This document shows positions 46,260-54,743 of a stretch of 64,000 nucleotides of DNA, piece after piece. The notes beneath the pieces were generated by a model that was not told the DNA's origin, did not search any database, and was given only the letters and a program-made list of their open reading frames with translations. The first letter of the stretch is position 1. Every line of letters begins with the position of its first letter. Position numbers and translations under genes: made by a program. This stretch comes from Bacteroidota bacterium (GTDB taxonomy: Bacteria > Bacteroidota > Bacteroidia > Palsa-965), in contig PLYR01000119.1 in NCBI GenBank assembly GCA_003153435.1, positions 20,542 through 84,541 of the forward strand, written 5' to 3'.

Positions 46260-47294
46260 TCAGGTATGATGTTTTGTAAACAGATAATGACTTACCATCC
46301 ATTCGTTCCCGTTTTTATAACCCCACAATTCTGCGCAGGCCAGATAGAATATTCTCCAGTAAACCCACCATTTAAGGGCATTCTTTTTCCCGTATGTGTT
46401 TTCGAAAAGATGCATGATCTCCTTCCGGTGGGCATCCATATTCCTCAGCCATGCTTCGGAAGTCTTACTGTAATGCATTCCGTTTAACATCCAGTGTAAC
46501 TGAAGTGAGACATCCTTGTTGAAGAAAAGTAAGAGTTTATTGCTGGGCATGATTCCTCCGCTGAAAAAGTGCTTACTCATCCAGTCAGATTCATCCTTGA
46601 CCTCAAATTTATATGCAAGTTTATGATGAGTAAAAATGTGCACAAACAGTTTTGCCTCAGGCTTCATCCAGCCAGCAATCTTATGAAGCAGGAGTTCATA
46701 ATTCCGCATGTGCTCAAACATTTCCACTGAAATAATCCTATCGAAGGTTTGTTCCGTCTGAAAGGTATTCATGTCAGCAGTGACTACTGTGAGATTGCGG
46801 ATATTACGCAATGCAGCCTGTTTATCAATATAAATCTTCTGGGATTTGGAATTGGATATTACCATAAACCTACTCTCAGGAAACCGGGAGGACATAAACA
46901 AGGATAGAGATCCCCATCCGCAACCTAGTTCCATAACATCCTGACCTGGCTTGAGCTCGGCCCGTTCACAGGTTAGCTCGAGCATGTCTTGTTCTGAAGT
47001 ATCTAAGTCTGTTACCCCTTCTTTCCAATATCCACTTGAGTATTTGAGGTGTTTGCCAAGGCAATATTCGTAAAATTCTGCCGGGACCTCATAATGCTGT
47101 TCATTAGCTGCTGTTGTGTCAACTGCAATGGGAGATTTCTTTAAATCCTCAATAAGCTTCATCAACGCCTGAAGGTTTGCCTCGGGGTTGCCTTTGTCTT
47201 CGTCCCTGAGCCTTTTGGCGAGCAGGCCACGGATCCCTTTTCTAATTAAAAAATCAGGAACCAAATCTTTTTCCAGAAGCCTGTCGTACCACAT
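46260..47294 (-). CDS. Second cfa-like SAM methyltransferase (short form)
   Basis: ANEQHYEVPAEFY...LKYSSGYW, ELGCGWGSL, SVEMFEHMRNY, WRIFYLACAELW. Confidence 0.9.
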   Translation of the reverse strand: MWYDRLLEKDLVPDFLIRKGIRGLLAKRLRDEDKGNPEANLQALMKLIEDLKKSPIAVDTTAANEQHYEVPAEFYEYCLGKHLKYSSGYWKEGVTDLDTSEQDMLELTCERAELKPGQDVMELGCGWGSLSLFMSSRFPESRFMVISNSKSQKIYIDKQAALRNIRNLTVVTADMNTFQTEQTFDRIISVEMFEHMRNYELLLHKIAGWMKPEAKLFVHIFTHHKLAYKFEVKDESDWMSKHFFSGGIMPSNKLLLFFNKDVSLQLHWMLNGMHYSKTSEAWLRNMDAHRKEIMHLFENTYGKKNALKWWVYWRIFYLACAELWGYKNGNEWMVSHYLFTKHHT

Positions 47295-47315
47295 ATAGAT
47301 TATACTTGGGAAGAT

Positions 47316-48110
47316 TTAAGCTTTTTTAAACCAGGGCACAAAAGCAGAAGTAGTCCGTTGATATTCCCTGTACAAATCACCCCTTGAGCGGATGCTTTGT
47401 TCTTCTGTCATTGGTATACCTGTTACTTTCAGAATCAGAAAAAGAATGGTCAGAGGGCAAACTATGGATATCCAACCCCATGGAGAAGAGCACGCAAAGA
47501 GGAAGTAAGAAACCCAGATCATCCATTCAAAAAAGTAGTTCGGATGGCGGGAATACTTCCATAATCCCTGGTCACACACTTTTCCTTTGGATGATGGAAG
47601 TTTTTTAAACCGTTTAAGCTGAGCATCAGCGCTAGCTTCTCCAAGCAGGGAGATGGCCCATAAGCCAGCACCCAGGTATTCAAGGAGGCTGAGTTCTGGT
47701 TTTGGATTCACACTGATAAGAAAGAAAGGAATGGCTAGAAATACATTTGAAAAAGCTTGCATCTGGAAGAAGCCAAAGAACTTCGCATTGGCATTCGGAG
47801 CCCATTCAAGGCGGAGCTGCTTATAACGTCCCTCTTCTTCCTTCAGGTGTGATCCAACACGGATTAGAAGGTATATTCCGAGTCTCATTCCCCAAAGCAC
47901 TATCATTGTAAGGAGTATTTCTCTCCGCAGGCTAAAACCATCTCCAAAGCTAAACACGATGAGCCCGATCACAGGAAAGTTAAAAGACCAGAAAATGTCA
48001 ACTACTCCTGCATTTTTAATGCGTGTAGCCCATGCCCATACGATAAACATAATCAGACTGCATGCTGCCAGGCTGAGTAGAATTATTTTGAGCAAGAGGG
48101 AAGAGTTCAT
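47316..48110 (-). CDS. DUF1295 membrane protein (steroid 5-alpha-reductase-like)
   Basis: NAGVVDIFWS, WGMRLG, EEGRY, ADAQL..FK, GLWKYSRHPNYFFEW, TGIP..E. Confidence 0.92.
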   Translation of the reverse strand: MNSSLLLKIILLSLAACSLIMFIVWAWATRIKNAGVVDIFWSFNFPVIGLIVFSFGDGFSLRREILLTMIVLWGMRLGIYLLIRVGSHLKEEEGRYKQLRLEWAPNANAKFFGFFQMQAFSNVFLAIPFFLISVNPKPELSLLEYLGAGLWAISLLGEASADAQLKRFKKLPSSKGKVCDQGLWKYSRHPNYFFEWMIWVSYFLFACSSPWGWISIVCPLTILFLILKVTGIPMTEEQSIRSRGDLYREYQRTTSAFVPWFKKA

Positions 48111-48144
48111 GCGAAATTGGATTGACTTGAGCGTTCCGTAAATA

Positions 48145-48876
48145 CTAGACGACTTTACGGAGCTTTATGATACCAAGATAATGCATCCCTTTGATAAAAG
48201 GATAACTTGGGTCAAATTCAAATCTTTTTTTTGCAAAGTTCGGGGAATTGGGGCTTTTATGGTGGTTATTCTGAAACAGTTCTCCCAGCATAAGAAAATC
48301 GAATGGAAGGGTATTCTTGCTGTGATCTGCATTGTTGTAGTTGGTATAGCCGTATTTGTGTCCGCACCAGTTCACAATAGCACCATGTACCGGACTCATA
48401 AACCAATGAATAGGGAGTAGAAGGAACATCCACCAATGGGTTGCAAAATGAATGTAAAAGAGGGTATAACCCACTGCAAATGCTATTCTTGTAATCCAGG
48501 AATCACTTATTTTATCGAGCAGAGGCCAGGCCGGATATCTGTCAATGAATTGTGCCTCGGGTTCAACTCGGAACTTAGTATATTGAACATAGATGTCCTT
48601 TGTCTTCACCATCATACCCCATACATCTTTGAAAAACCAGGGAGAATGCGGGTCTTTTTCAGTGTCACTGAAGGCATGGTGCATACGATGCATAATGGCA
48701 TAGGCCCTGGGATTTAGGAATGATGTGCCCTGCGTAAAGAAAGTAAGAAAATAAAAGGTCTTTTCCCAGTTTTTGCTCATTGAAAACATTTTATGGGAAG
48801 CGTATCGGTGAAGAAAAAAAGTTTGAAAAAATAAGGAGATGAACCAGTGACAAAGAAAGAATATGAGGATCGGCAT
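48145..48876 (-). CDS. Membrane fatty acid (acyl-CoA/acyl-lipid) desaturase
   Basis: Three His boxes: HRYASH, HRMHH, QNNHH. Confidence 0.9.
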   Translation of the reverse strand: MPILIFFLCHWFISLFFQTFFLHRYASHKMFSMSKNWEKTFYFLTFFTQGTSFLNPRAYAIMHRMHHAFSDTEKDPHSPWFFKDVWGMMVKTKDIYVQYTKFRVEPEAQFIDRYPAWPLLDKISDSWITRIAFAVGYTLFYIHFATHWWMFLLLPIHWFMSPVHGAIVNWCGHKYGYTNYNNADHSKNTLPFDFLMLGELFQNNHHKSPNSPNFAKKRFEFDPSYPFIKGMHYLGIIKLRKVV

Positions 48877-49010
48877 TTGTGTTTTTACTTAATTTAGATG
48901 AATTGATTGAAAACCCTATAAAGCAATTTTCAATTTGCAAAGTTGCTCATTTTTTGGGGTCTTTACAACTCAATCAAATTCCCTAACTTTACGTCTATTA
49001 AGAACAAACT

Positions 49011-49898
49011 ATGGAACAATTCGACTTAAGTAAGCTAAAGGGCCGACCCGCATTTCCTTTTGAAACGATAGCCGTGGCAATCAGTTTTTCCCCACGCCTG
49101 GAAGCCTTATTGAGTGAGTCAAAGAGAATTTCAGATAAATTACAAGCGAATCTCCTGCTTATCCATGTTGGAGAAAAAACACCTGAAAAAGAAACCCGTC
49201 TTGATAAACTGATCTCTAAGCTCGGTATTGATGAAAACAAATGCCGGATCAACTGGATGGACGGAGAACCTGTTGATACTATCCTGAAACTTTGCAAGTT
49301 AAATGTAGTTGACTTACTTATCCTGGGAGCTCTTAGCAAGGAAAAGCTGCTCAAATTTTATCTGGGTTCGATTGCACGAAAAATCAGCCGGAAAGCCAAA
49401 TGCTCGGTGCTCCTTCTTACTAATCCAACGGAAGAAGCAAGCAGGATCAAACGATTCATGGTTTGTGCGGAAGAGAACCCAAAGACCATCCATACTGTTA
49501 ATACAGCCCTGTATCTGGCAAAAAAATTCAATGTTGGTGAGATCAGTATTGTCAAAGAAGCTCATGTTCCTGGTTTGGCTATGACTATGGCTGAAGATAG
49601 TACGGCTCCTGAAGCAAATCGGATGAGAAGGAATCTAGCTGAAGCAGATGAACAGGAACTCCATTCAGTTGCTGAAAAATGTGATAAAGATGGTATAACC
49701 ATTATTGAGAAAGTCATCAAAGGTAAACCGGGGTATACTGTAAGTAAATATGCAAGAGAAAAAAAGGCAGATCTTCTAATTCTAAATTCTCCCGATACCC
49801 AGCTTGGGTTATTCGACCGCATTTTTACCCACGATATGGAATACATTCTTGCTGACCTGCCGTGTAATTTGCTTATTGTACACTCCCGTCCCCATTAA
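49011..49898 (+). CDS. Tandem universal stress protein (USP)
   Basis: Two USP domains: IAVAISFS...VDLLILGA...LGSIARKISRKAKCSVLLL and ADLLILNS...DLPCNLLIV. Confidence 0.88.
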   Translation: MEQFDLSKLKGRPAFPFETIAVAISFSPRLEALLSESKRISDKLQANLLLIHVGEKTPEKETRLDKLISKLGIDENKCRINWMDGEPVDTILKLCKLNVVDLLILGALSKEKLLKFYLGSIARKISRKAKCSVLLLTNPTEEASRIKRFMVCAEENPKTIHTVNTALYLAKKFNVGEISIVKEAHVPGLAMTMAEDSTAPEANRMRRNLAEADEQELHSVAEKCDKDGITIIEKVIKGKPGYTVSKYAREKKADLLILNSPDTQLGLFDRIFTHDMEYILADLPCNLLIVHSRPH

Positions 49899-49899
49899 T

Positions 49900-51132
49900 A
49901 TGACCAGACTCACGCATCATGAACTGATTGTATTCTTGCTTGCCATTAGTACGATGCTGATCTTTTCCCGCGTTGCCGGTGAACTGGGAAAGAAGCTTCG
50001 GTTACCAGTTGTGATGGGGGAGCTGCTGGTAGGAATTATGCTCGGGCCTACTATTCTTGGGCAGTTTTTTCCTGATCTTTTCACCTACCTCTTTCCCAGA
50101 ACGGGAAATGTAACCTTTGCGTTCGACGGATTATTTAGCTTAAGTGTGGTTATGCTCCTCTTTGTTGCCGGAATGGAAGTGCAGCTTCCTCTGGTTCTCA
50201 AGCAGGGTAAGGTGGCTATTTATACGAGTGTATCCAGTATGGTCATCCCATTCTTTACTGGATTTGCCGTAGCTTGGTATTTCCCATCTCTTTTCGGGCA
50301 GACTCCTAATACTCCAACCCATCTTCTTTTCTCACTGTTTCTTGGAACTGCCTTATCAATTTCTGCTCTTCCTGTGATCGCGAGAATTCTGATGGATATG
50401 AATCTCTTTAAAACAAACATAGGAATGATCATTATAGCCTCTGCCATGGTAAACGACCTCTTTGGCTGGCTCCTTTTTTCTTTTATTCTAAGTCTAAGTC
50501 TTCATCATGGGGAAACAATGGGGTTGGGATATACCATCCTATATATCCTAGGATTTGGGGTATTTATGCTTACGATTGGTAAGCGTATAATCGACAAGGC
50601 CCTGCCATGGATTCAGACCAAGCTTTCCTGGCCAGGAGGAGTTCTTTCAATCTCTCTCGGTGTTTGCCTGGCTTGTGCAGCATTCACAGAATCGATTAAC
50701 ATCCATGCGATCCTTGGTGCATTCATAGCCGGAATAGCAATAGGTGATTCTGTTCAGCTGCATGAAAAAGCACGGGAGATAATTCACCAGTTCGTGACCA
50801 ACTTTTTTGCTCCTCTCTTTTTTGTATCCATAGGACTCAAGGTGAATTTTATTCAGAATTTTGATATTGTGATTGTTTCTATTGTGATGGTTCTGGCATT
50901 TATTGGAAAAGTTACAGGGGCAAGTCTTGGAGCATATTGGGGTGGATTGAAAAAAAGAGAGGCACTGGTAGTAGGTTTCGGGATGAATGCCCGTGGGGCC
51001 ATGGAGATCATTCTAGGGACACTAGCACTCAATGCCGGGCTTATTTCAGCCCCGGTATTTGTAGCCCTTATCATTATGGCTTTGGTAACCAGCCTTAGCA
51101 GTGCCCCACTGATGAGGAAGTTTCTGGATTAA
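49900..51132 (+). CDS. Cation:proton antiporter (Na+/H+ exchanger, CPA2-like)
   Basis: PVVMGELLVGIMLGP, LFVAGME, SISALPVIARIL, VNDLFGW, ARGAMEII. ATG at 49900 lies 1 nt after the USP stop. Confidence 0.9.
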   Translation: MTRLTHHELIVFLLAISTMLIFSRVAGELGKKLRLPVVMGELLVGIMLGPTILGQFFPDLFTYLFPRTGNVTFAFDGLFSLSVVMLLFVAGMEVQLPLVLKQGKVAIYTSVSSMVIPFFTGFAVAWYFPSLFGQTPNTPTHLLFSLFLGTALSISALPVIARILMDMNLFKTNIGMIIIASAMVNDLFGWLLFSFILSLSLHHGETMGLGYTILYILGFGVFMLTIGKRIIDKALPWIQTKLSWPGGVLSISLGVCLACAAFTESINIHAILGAFIAGIAIGDSVQLHEKAREIIHQFVTNFFAPLFFVSIGLKVNFIQNFDIVIVSIVMVLAFIGKVTGASLGAYWGGLKKREALVVGFGMNARGAMEIILGTLALNAGLISAPVFVALIIMALVTSLSSAPLMRKFLD

Positions 51133-54100
51133 ACTTTCACAACCCTTAACTCATCTGTATAAACAAGATATTTCTCTACATTAGTTTCTCCCATCTCTCT
51201 CAGGAGATCTGCATATTGTTCCACCTGCTCATGATGTTTTCCTGACTCTTTCCCGGTTTTATAATCCAGGATAACGGTTCTGCCGGGGAGATAAACGATT
51301 CTATCCGGGCGGAAAGAGGTGTTGTTCTTAAGCAGGATTTCGGCCTCATTTCTAACCTTGACCCCATCCTCGAAAAACACAGAGAGCTCCGGATGAGTGA
51401 GCAGTGGGATCAGCAATTCCCTGATCGCATTCTTTTCTGCCGTATCGACTAGTCCCTCCGAATGAATTCCAATCAGAGCTGGCTCCAAATCATGAATGGT
51501 ATGGATCCTAGCGAGTATTTCATGGATCAGTAATCCTGTATCCTGTTTCTTCTTCTGAGATTCACTCCATACCTCCCTTGCTGCAGACCTGATCCTTATT
51601 TTTTCAGTCCAGCCGGCCGAAATAAAGGAGTTTAATGTATTACTTTGTTTAATCGGTTGATGATGAGTCTTCTGCCTTTCTGAACCAGATCCGGTCACGA
51701 ATCTTCCTTCAGCATTGGCTATCATTCCTGCATATTTCACATGATAAGCAATCATAGATGAAAGGCTTGACCAGGGATCGCTCTTCTCCCTGTTCTTCCC
51801 GGCAATAATATAGAGCCGGTCTTCGGCTCTGGTTGTTGCTACATAAAGGAGGTTGACGTTATCTAGGCGAGAGCGATAAAGCTCCTCTTCGTATAGGTAC
51901 GAGAAACGAGTTTCTTCCAGAGATTGTTGATTGGAGATAATTCCGGTTGGTAATTCAGGAATATCATCTTCCTCCAGATCCACCCAGAAGCGGTCTCTTC
52001 CCGGTTTTAAAGGACTATTTCCGAGCGGGAGGATCACAACGGGATATTCGAGTCCTTTGGAACGGTGAATAGTCAGAATATTAACAGCATCCATGCCATC
52101 GGGAACAATCGCCGAAGCTTTGTCCCTCCGTTCTTCCCAGTGACTGATCCAGGCAGCGAGGCTATTATCGCCGGAGTTACTGAAACTGAGGATCTCATCC
52201 AGAAAAAATATAAGGTAAGGATCAGGTGTTTTACGAAGACCGAAAATGCGGGGGAGTTCTTCTGCCAACTGGTATAAGGGTAGTTTTAATAACTGAGTTG
52301 GTTTGTAATCATAACCATTTTCTGACATCCATGTCCTAAATTGTCTGGCATTGCAGGCTGAAGGAAGATCAATCTCAAGCTGGGAAGTATGATATTGTCC
52401 TGATAGGAATTGAAGTATCTCTGCTCTTGCAATATCATCATCCGGGTTATAAAGGCTTCTCATGCATGCAGAAAGAAAATTTACTACCCGGGAATTACGG
52501 AGAAGCAGACAGTCGTTAGAAAGAACCGGAATGCCAGAATTTATGAGGGCATTCGCTAGTACATTTCCTTCTTTATTAGTCCGGCAAAGAATAGCTATAT
52601 CTCCGTATGCATATCCAGAAGCAAGTACTTCATTTATGATGGCCCGGATCCTGGCTTCCTGAATGGAGTCTTCACGATCTTCCTCCTTAAACTCGATACT
52701 GATGAGTCCTCCTGTATTTTCCGGATTGCCTTCCTGTTCCAGTTTGTCGTAAATCCGTTTGTATTCATTGGGCAGGGATTCAGCCAAAGCTCTATAGAGT
52801 CCATTATTAAAAGAGATGATCTCCATCTTGCTTCGGTAATTACTTCCTAAAAATTCCGGTTTATAATGTCTTTGAAGTGATGCAGCCCTTTCGGCGATAA
52901 TGCGATTTTCATCAAAGCCGGCAATTTGAGGAAGGTTTGCAAACTGAGCTACATCCCCACCTCTCCATCTATATATTGCCTGTTTTCCATCACCAACCAC
53001 CATTGTGAAATGCTCCTCCGAAAGTGCATTGTCAATTAATGGGAGCAGGTTTTGCCATTGAAGGATACTTGTATCCTGAAATTCATCGATCAGGTAATTG
53101 TTATACCGTTCTCCGAGTCTTTCATAGATAAAGGGAACTGGTTCCTGAAAGACTATCTCTGCGATCAGCTTGTTGAATTCTGAAATATGAAGAATGGAGT
53201 TTTCCTTTTTATAATTCTCTAGTATTTTTTCAATCTCATTCAATACAGCCAGTGAATAAATATGGTTGCGAAGGAGTATGTAGAGCCTGTATTTCGGTAA
53301 TTCCTCTCTTAGTAGCTCCTGTATAGAATTATAGATTTCGCTCAACCTGGATTTGATACTTTCTAGAGCAACTGTGTCCGACATGGAGGCGTCTTTATTC
53401 AGCCACTTGTCTTCTTCAAAGGCCTTTTTCACGTAGGAGTTAGGAGAGAAGTCATCTTTTTTACCTCCAACCAGGTTCTCAAAATATTTGCGTACTCCTT
53501 TGTCTTTTTGAAAGAATACTGCATGTTCCAGATGTTTCGATTGGATAAGTATCAGCGCTTCTAAAGCAAGATTCAGTACTTTTTTCTCGAATACTCCGAT
53601 GCTCTTTTTTATTTTACGGCTTATGTTAAGGAAATCGGGGATACTCAATCCTTTGATCTTGCCAATATGTTTTGCTCCGTCCTCCTTCATGAGTTCTGAA
53701 GAAAGTTTGTTCAGATCATCTTCAATACTCCAATTTTTTTCCTCTTCCACTTTTTGTTCGCTAAACTCCAGTAGGATATTTGTAAGATCCTCATCTTCCC
53801 CGATCCGTGAAATCAAAATTCCAACAGCCTGACTTAAAAGTTTACTCGCATCCAGCTCAATTTCAAAATGCACAGGCAGTTTGAGGTCAAAAGCAAAGCT
53901 TCGAACAATTTTGTGCACAAAACTATCAATGGTACCAATTGCGAAATCGGAGTAATTGTGAACAATTGCTTTGAGCACCGACCCGGCTCGTTCCCTCAAT
54001 ACGTCTGGGCTGAAACCTGTTTCTCTGATCAATGCTGAAAGCAGGGTAGAAGCTCCAGAGGAGATTTTTGTATGATCATCCATACTAAGCTCCTTTAATG

Positions 54101-54278
54101 CACGAATGATGCGATCCTTCATTTCGGCAGCGGCCTTATTCGTGAACGTGATGGCGAGGATTCGCCGAAAGGCTTTGGGAGGATCCTGAGTATCAGTCAA
54201 GGCAATCTTCAGGTATTCTTTTACGAGCGTAAAAGTTTTCCCTGATCCTGCAGAAGAACGATAGACGGAGAAACTCAT
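51129..54278 (-). CDS. addA: UvrD-type helicase fused to PD-(D/E)XK nuclease (AddA-like)
   Basis: SAGSGKT, AITFTNKAAAEMKDRI, IDEFQDTS, VGDGKQAIYRWRG, TIHRSKGLE, LYVATTRA, RPDRI...ILDYKTG. Confidence 0.85.
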   Translation of the reverse strand: MSFSVYRSSAGSGKTFTLVKEYLKIALTDTQDPPKAFRRILAITFTNKAAAEMKDRIIRALKELSMDDHTKISSGASTLLSALIRETGFSPDVLRERAGSVLKAIVHNYSDFAIGTIDSFVHKIVRSFAFDLKLPVHFEIELDASKLLSQAVGILISRIGEDEDLTNILLEFSEQKVEEEKNWSIEDDLNKLSSELMKEDGAKHIGKIKGLSIPDFLNISRKIKKSIGVFEKKVLNLALEALILIQSKHLEHAVFFQKDKGVRKYFENLVGGKKDDFSPNSYVKKAFEEDKWLNKDASMSDTVALESIKSRLSEIYNSIQELLREELPKYRLYILLRNHIYSLAVLNEIEKILENYKKENSILHISEFNKLIAEIVFQEPVPFIYERLGERYNNYLIDEFQDTSILQWQNLLPLIDNALSEEHFTMVVGDGKQAIYRWRGGDVAQFANLPQIAGFDENRIIAERAASLQRHYKPEFLGSNYRSKMEIISFNNGLYRALAESLPNEYKRIYDKLEQEGNPENTGGLISIEFKEEDREDSIQEARIRAIINEVLASGYAYGDIAILCRTNKEGNVLANALINSGIPVLSNDCLLLRNSRVVNFLSACMRSLYNPDDDIARAEILQFLSGQYHTSQLEIDLPSACNARQFRTWMSENGYDYKPTQLLKLPLYQLAEELPRIFGLRKTPDPYLIFFLDEILSFSNSGDNSLAAWISHWEERRDKASAIVPDGMDAVNILTIHRSKGLEYPVVILPLGNSPLKPGRDRFWVDLEEDDIPELPTGIISNQQSLEETRFSYLYEEELYRSRLDNVNLLYVATTRAEDRLYIIAGKNREKSDPWSSLSSMIAYHVKYAGMIANAEGRFVTGSGSERQKTHHQPIKQSNTLNSFISAGWTEKIRIRSAAREVWSESQKKKQDTGLLIHEILARIHTIHDLEPALIGIHSEGLVDTAEKNAIRELLIPLLTHPELSVFFEDGVKVRNEAEILLKNNTSFRPDRIVYLPGRTVILDYKTGKESGKHHEQVEQYADLLREMGETNVEKYLVYTDELRVVKV

Positions 54279-54283
54279 GATGG

Positions 54284-54313
54284 CAAACTTAGAAACAATA
54301 TGCCTTATATTTG
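54284..54313. promoter_or_regulatory. Back-to-back -7 elements (TAAGTTTG on -, TATATTTG on +)
   Basis: Exact TAnnTTTG matches at 54284-54291 (-) and 54306-54313 (+) in a 42-nt divergent gap; the + box supports the ATG at 54321. Confidence 0.6.
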
Positions 54314-54320
54314 TACCCTT

Positions 54321-54743
54321 ATGACAAAATTTCCGCTTTCACTTAAATTACGGATCGACTGGAGCGAAATGGACCTCTATGGCCACGTAAATAATGTTAC
54401 CTATTTCAAATACATTCAGGCTGCAAGGGTTAACTACTGGGAGGCTCTGGGATTAAGCCGAATGTTTGATGAGGAACAAAAAGGGCCTATACTAGCAAGC
54501 TCAGGAATTGATTTTCGCAAACCTTTGCACTATCCGGGAAACGTAATTGTGCATTCCGGCATTGATAGCATTGGCAATTCCAGCTTTTCCATCCTTCATA
54601 AATTACTCAATGAGAAAAATGAAGTTTGTGCCGAAGGCAAGCATGTAGTAGTACTTTATGATTTTAAGAACAATCAGAAAATGATGGTGTCGAACGATAT
54701 GCGGAAATTAATTGAGGAAATGGAAAGCAAGGGCAACTTCTAA
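54321..54743 (+). CDS. Acyl-CoA thioesterase (hot-dog fold, 4HBT family)
   Basis: RIDWSEMDLYGHVNNVTYFKYIQAARV; FRKPLHYP. Confidence 0.9.
   Translation: MTKFPLSLKLRIDWSEMDLYGHVNNVTYFKYIQAARVNYWEALGLSRMFDEEQKGPILASSGIDFRKPLHYPGNVIVHSGIDSIGNSSFSILHKLLNEKNEVCAEGKHVVVLYDFKNNQKMMVSNDMRKLIEEMESKGNF

Noticed and set aside
49804-49899. Long overlap of the antiporter with the USP gene
   Set aside because: The ATG at 49900 directly follows the USP stop and begins the first TM region.
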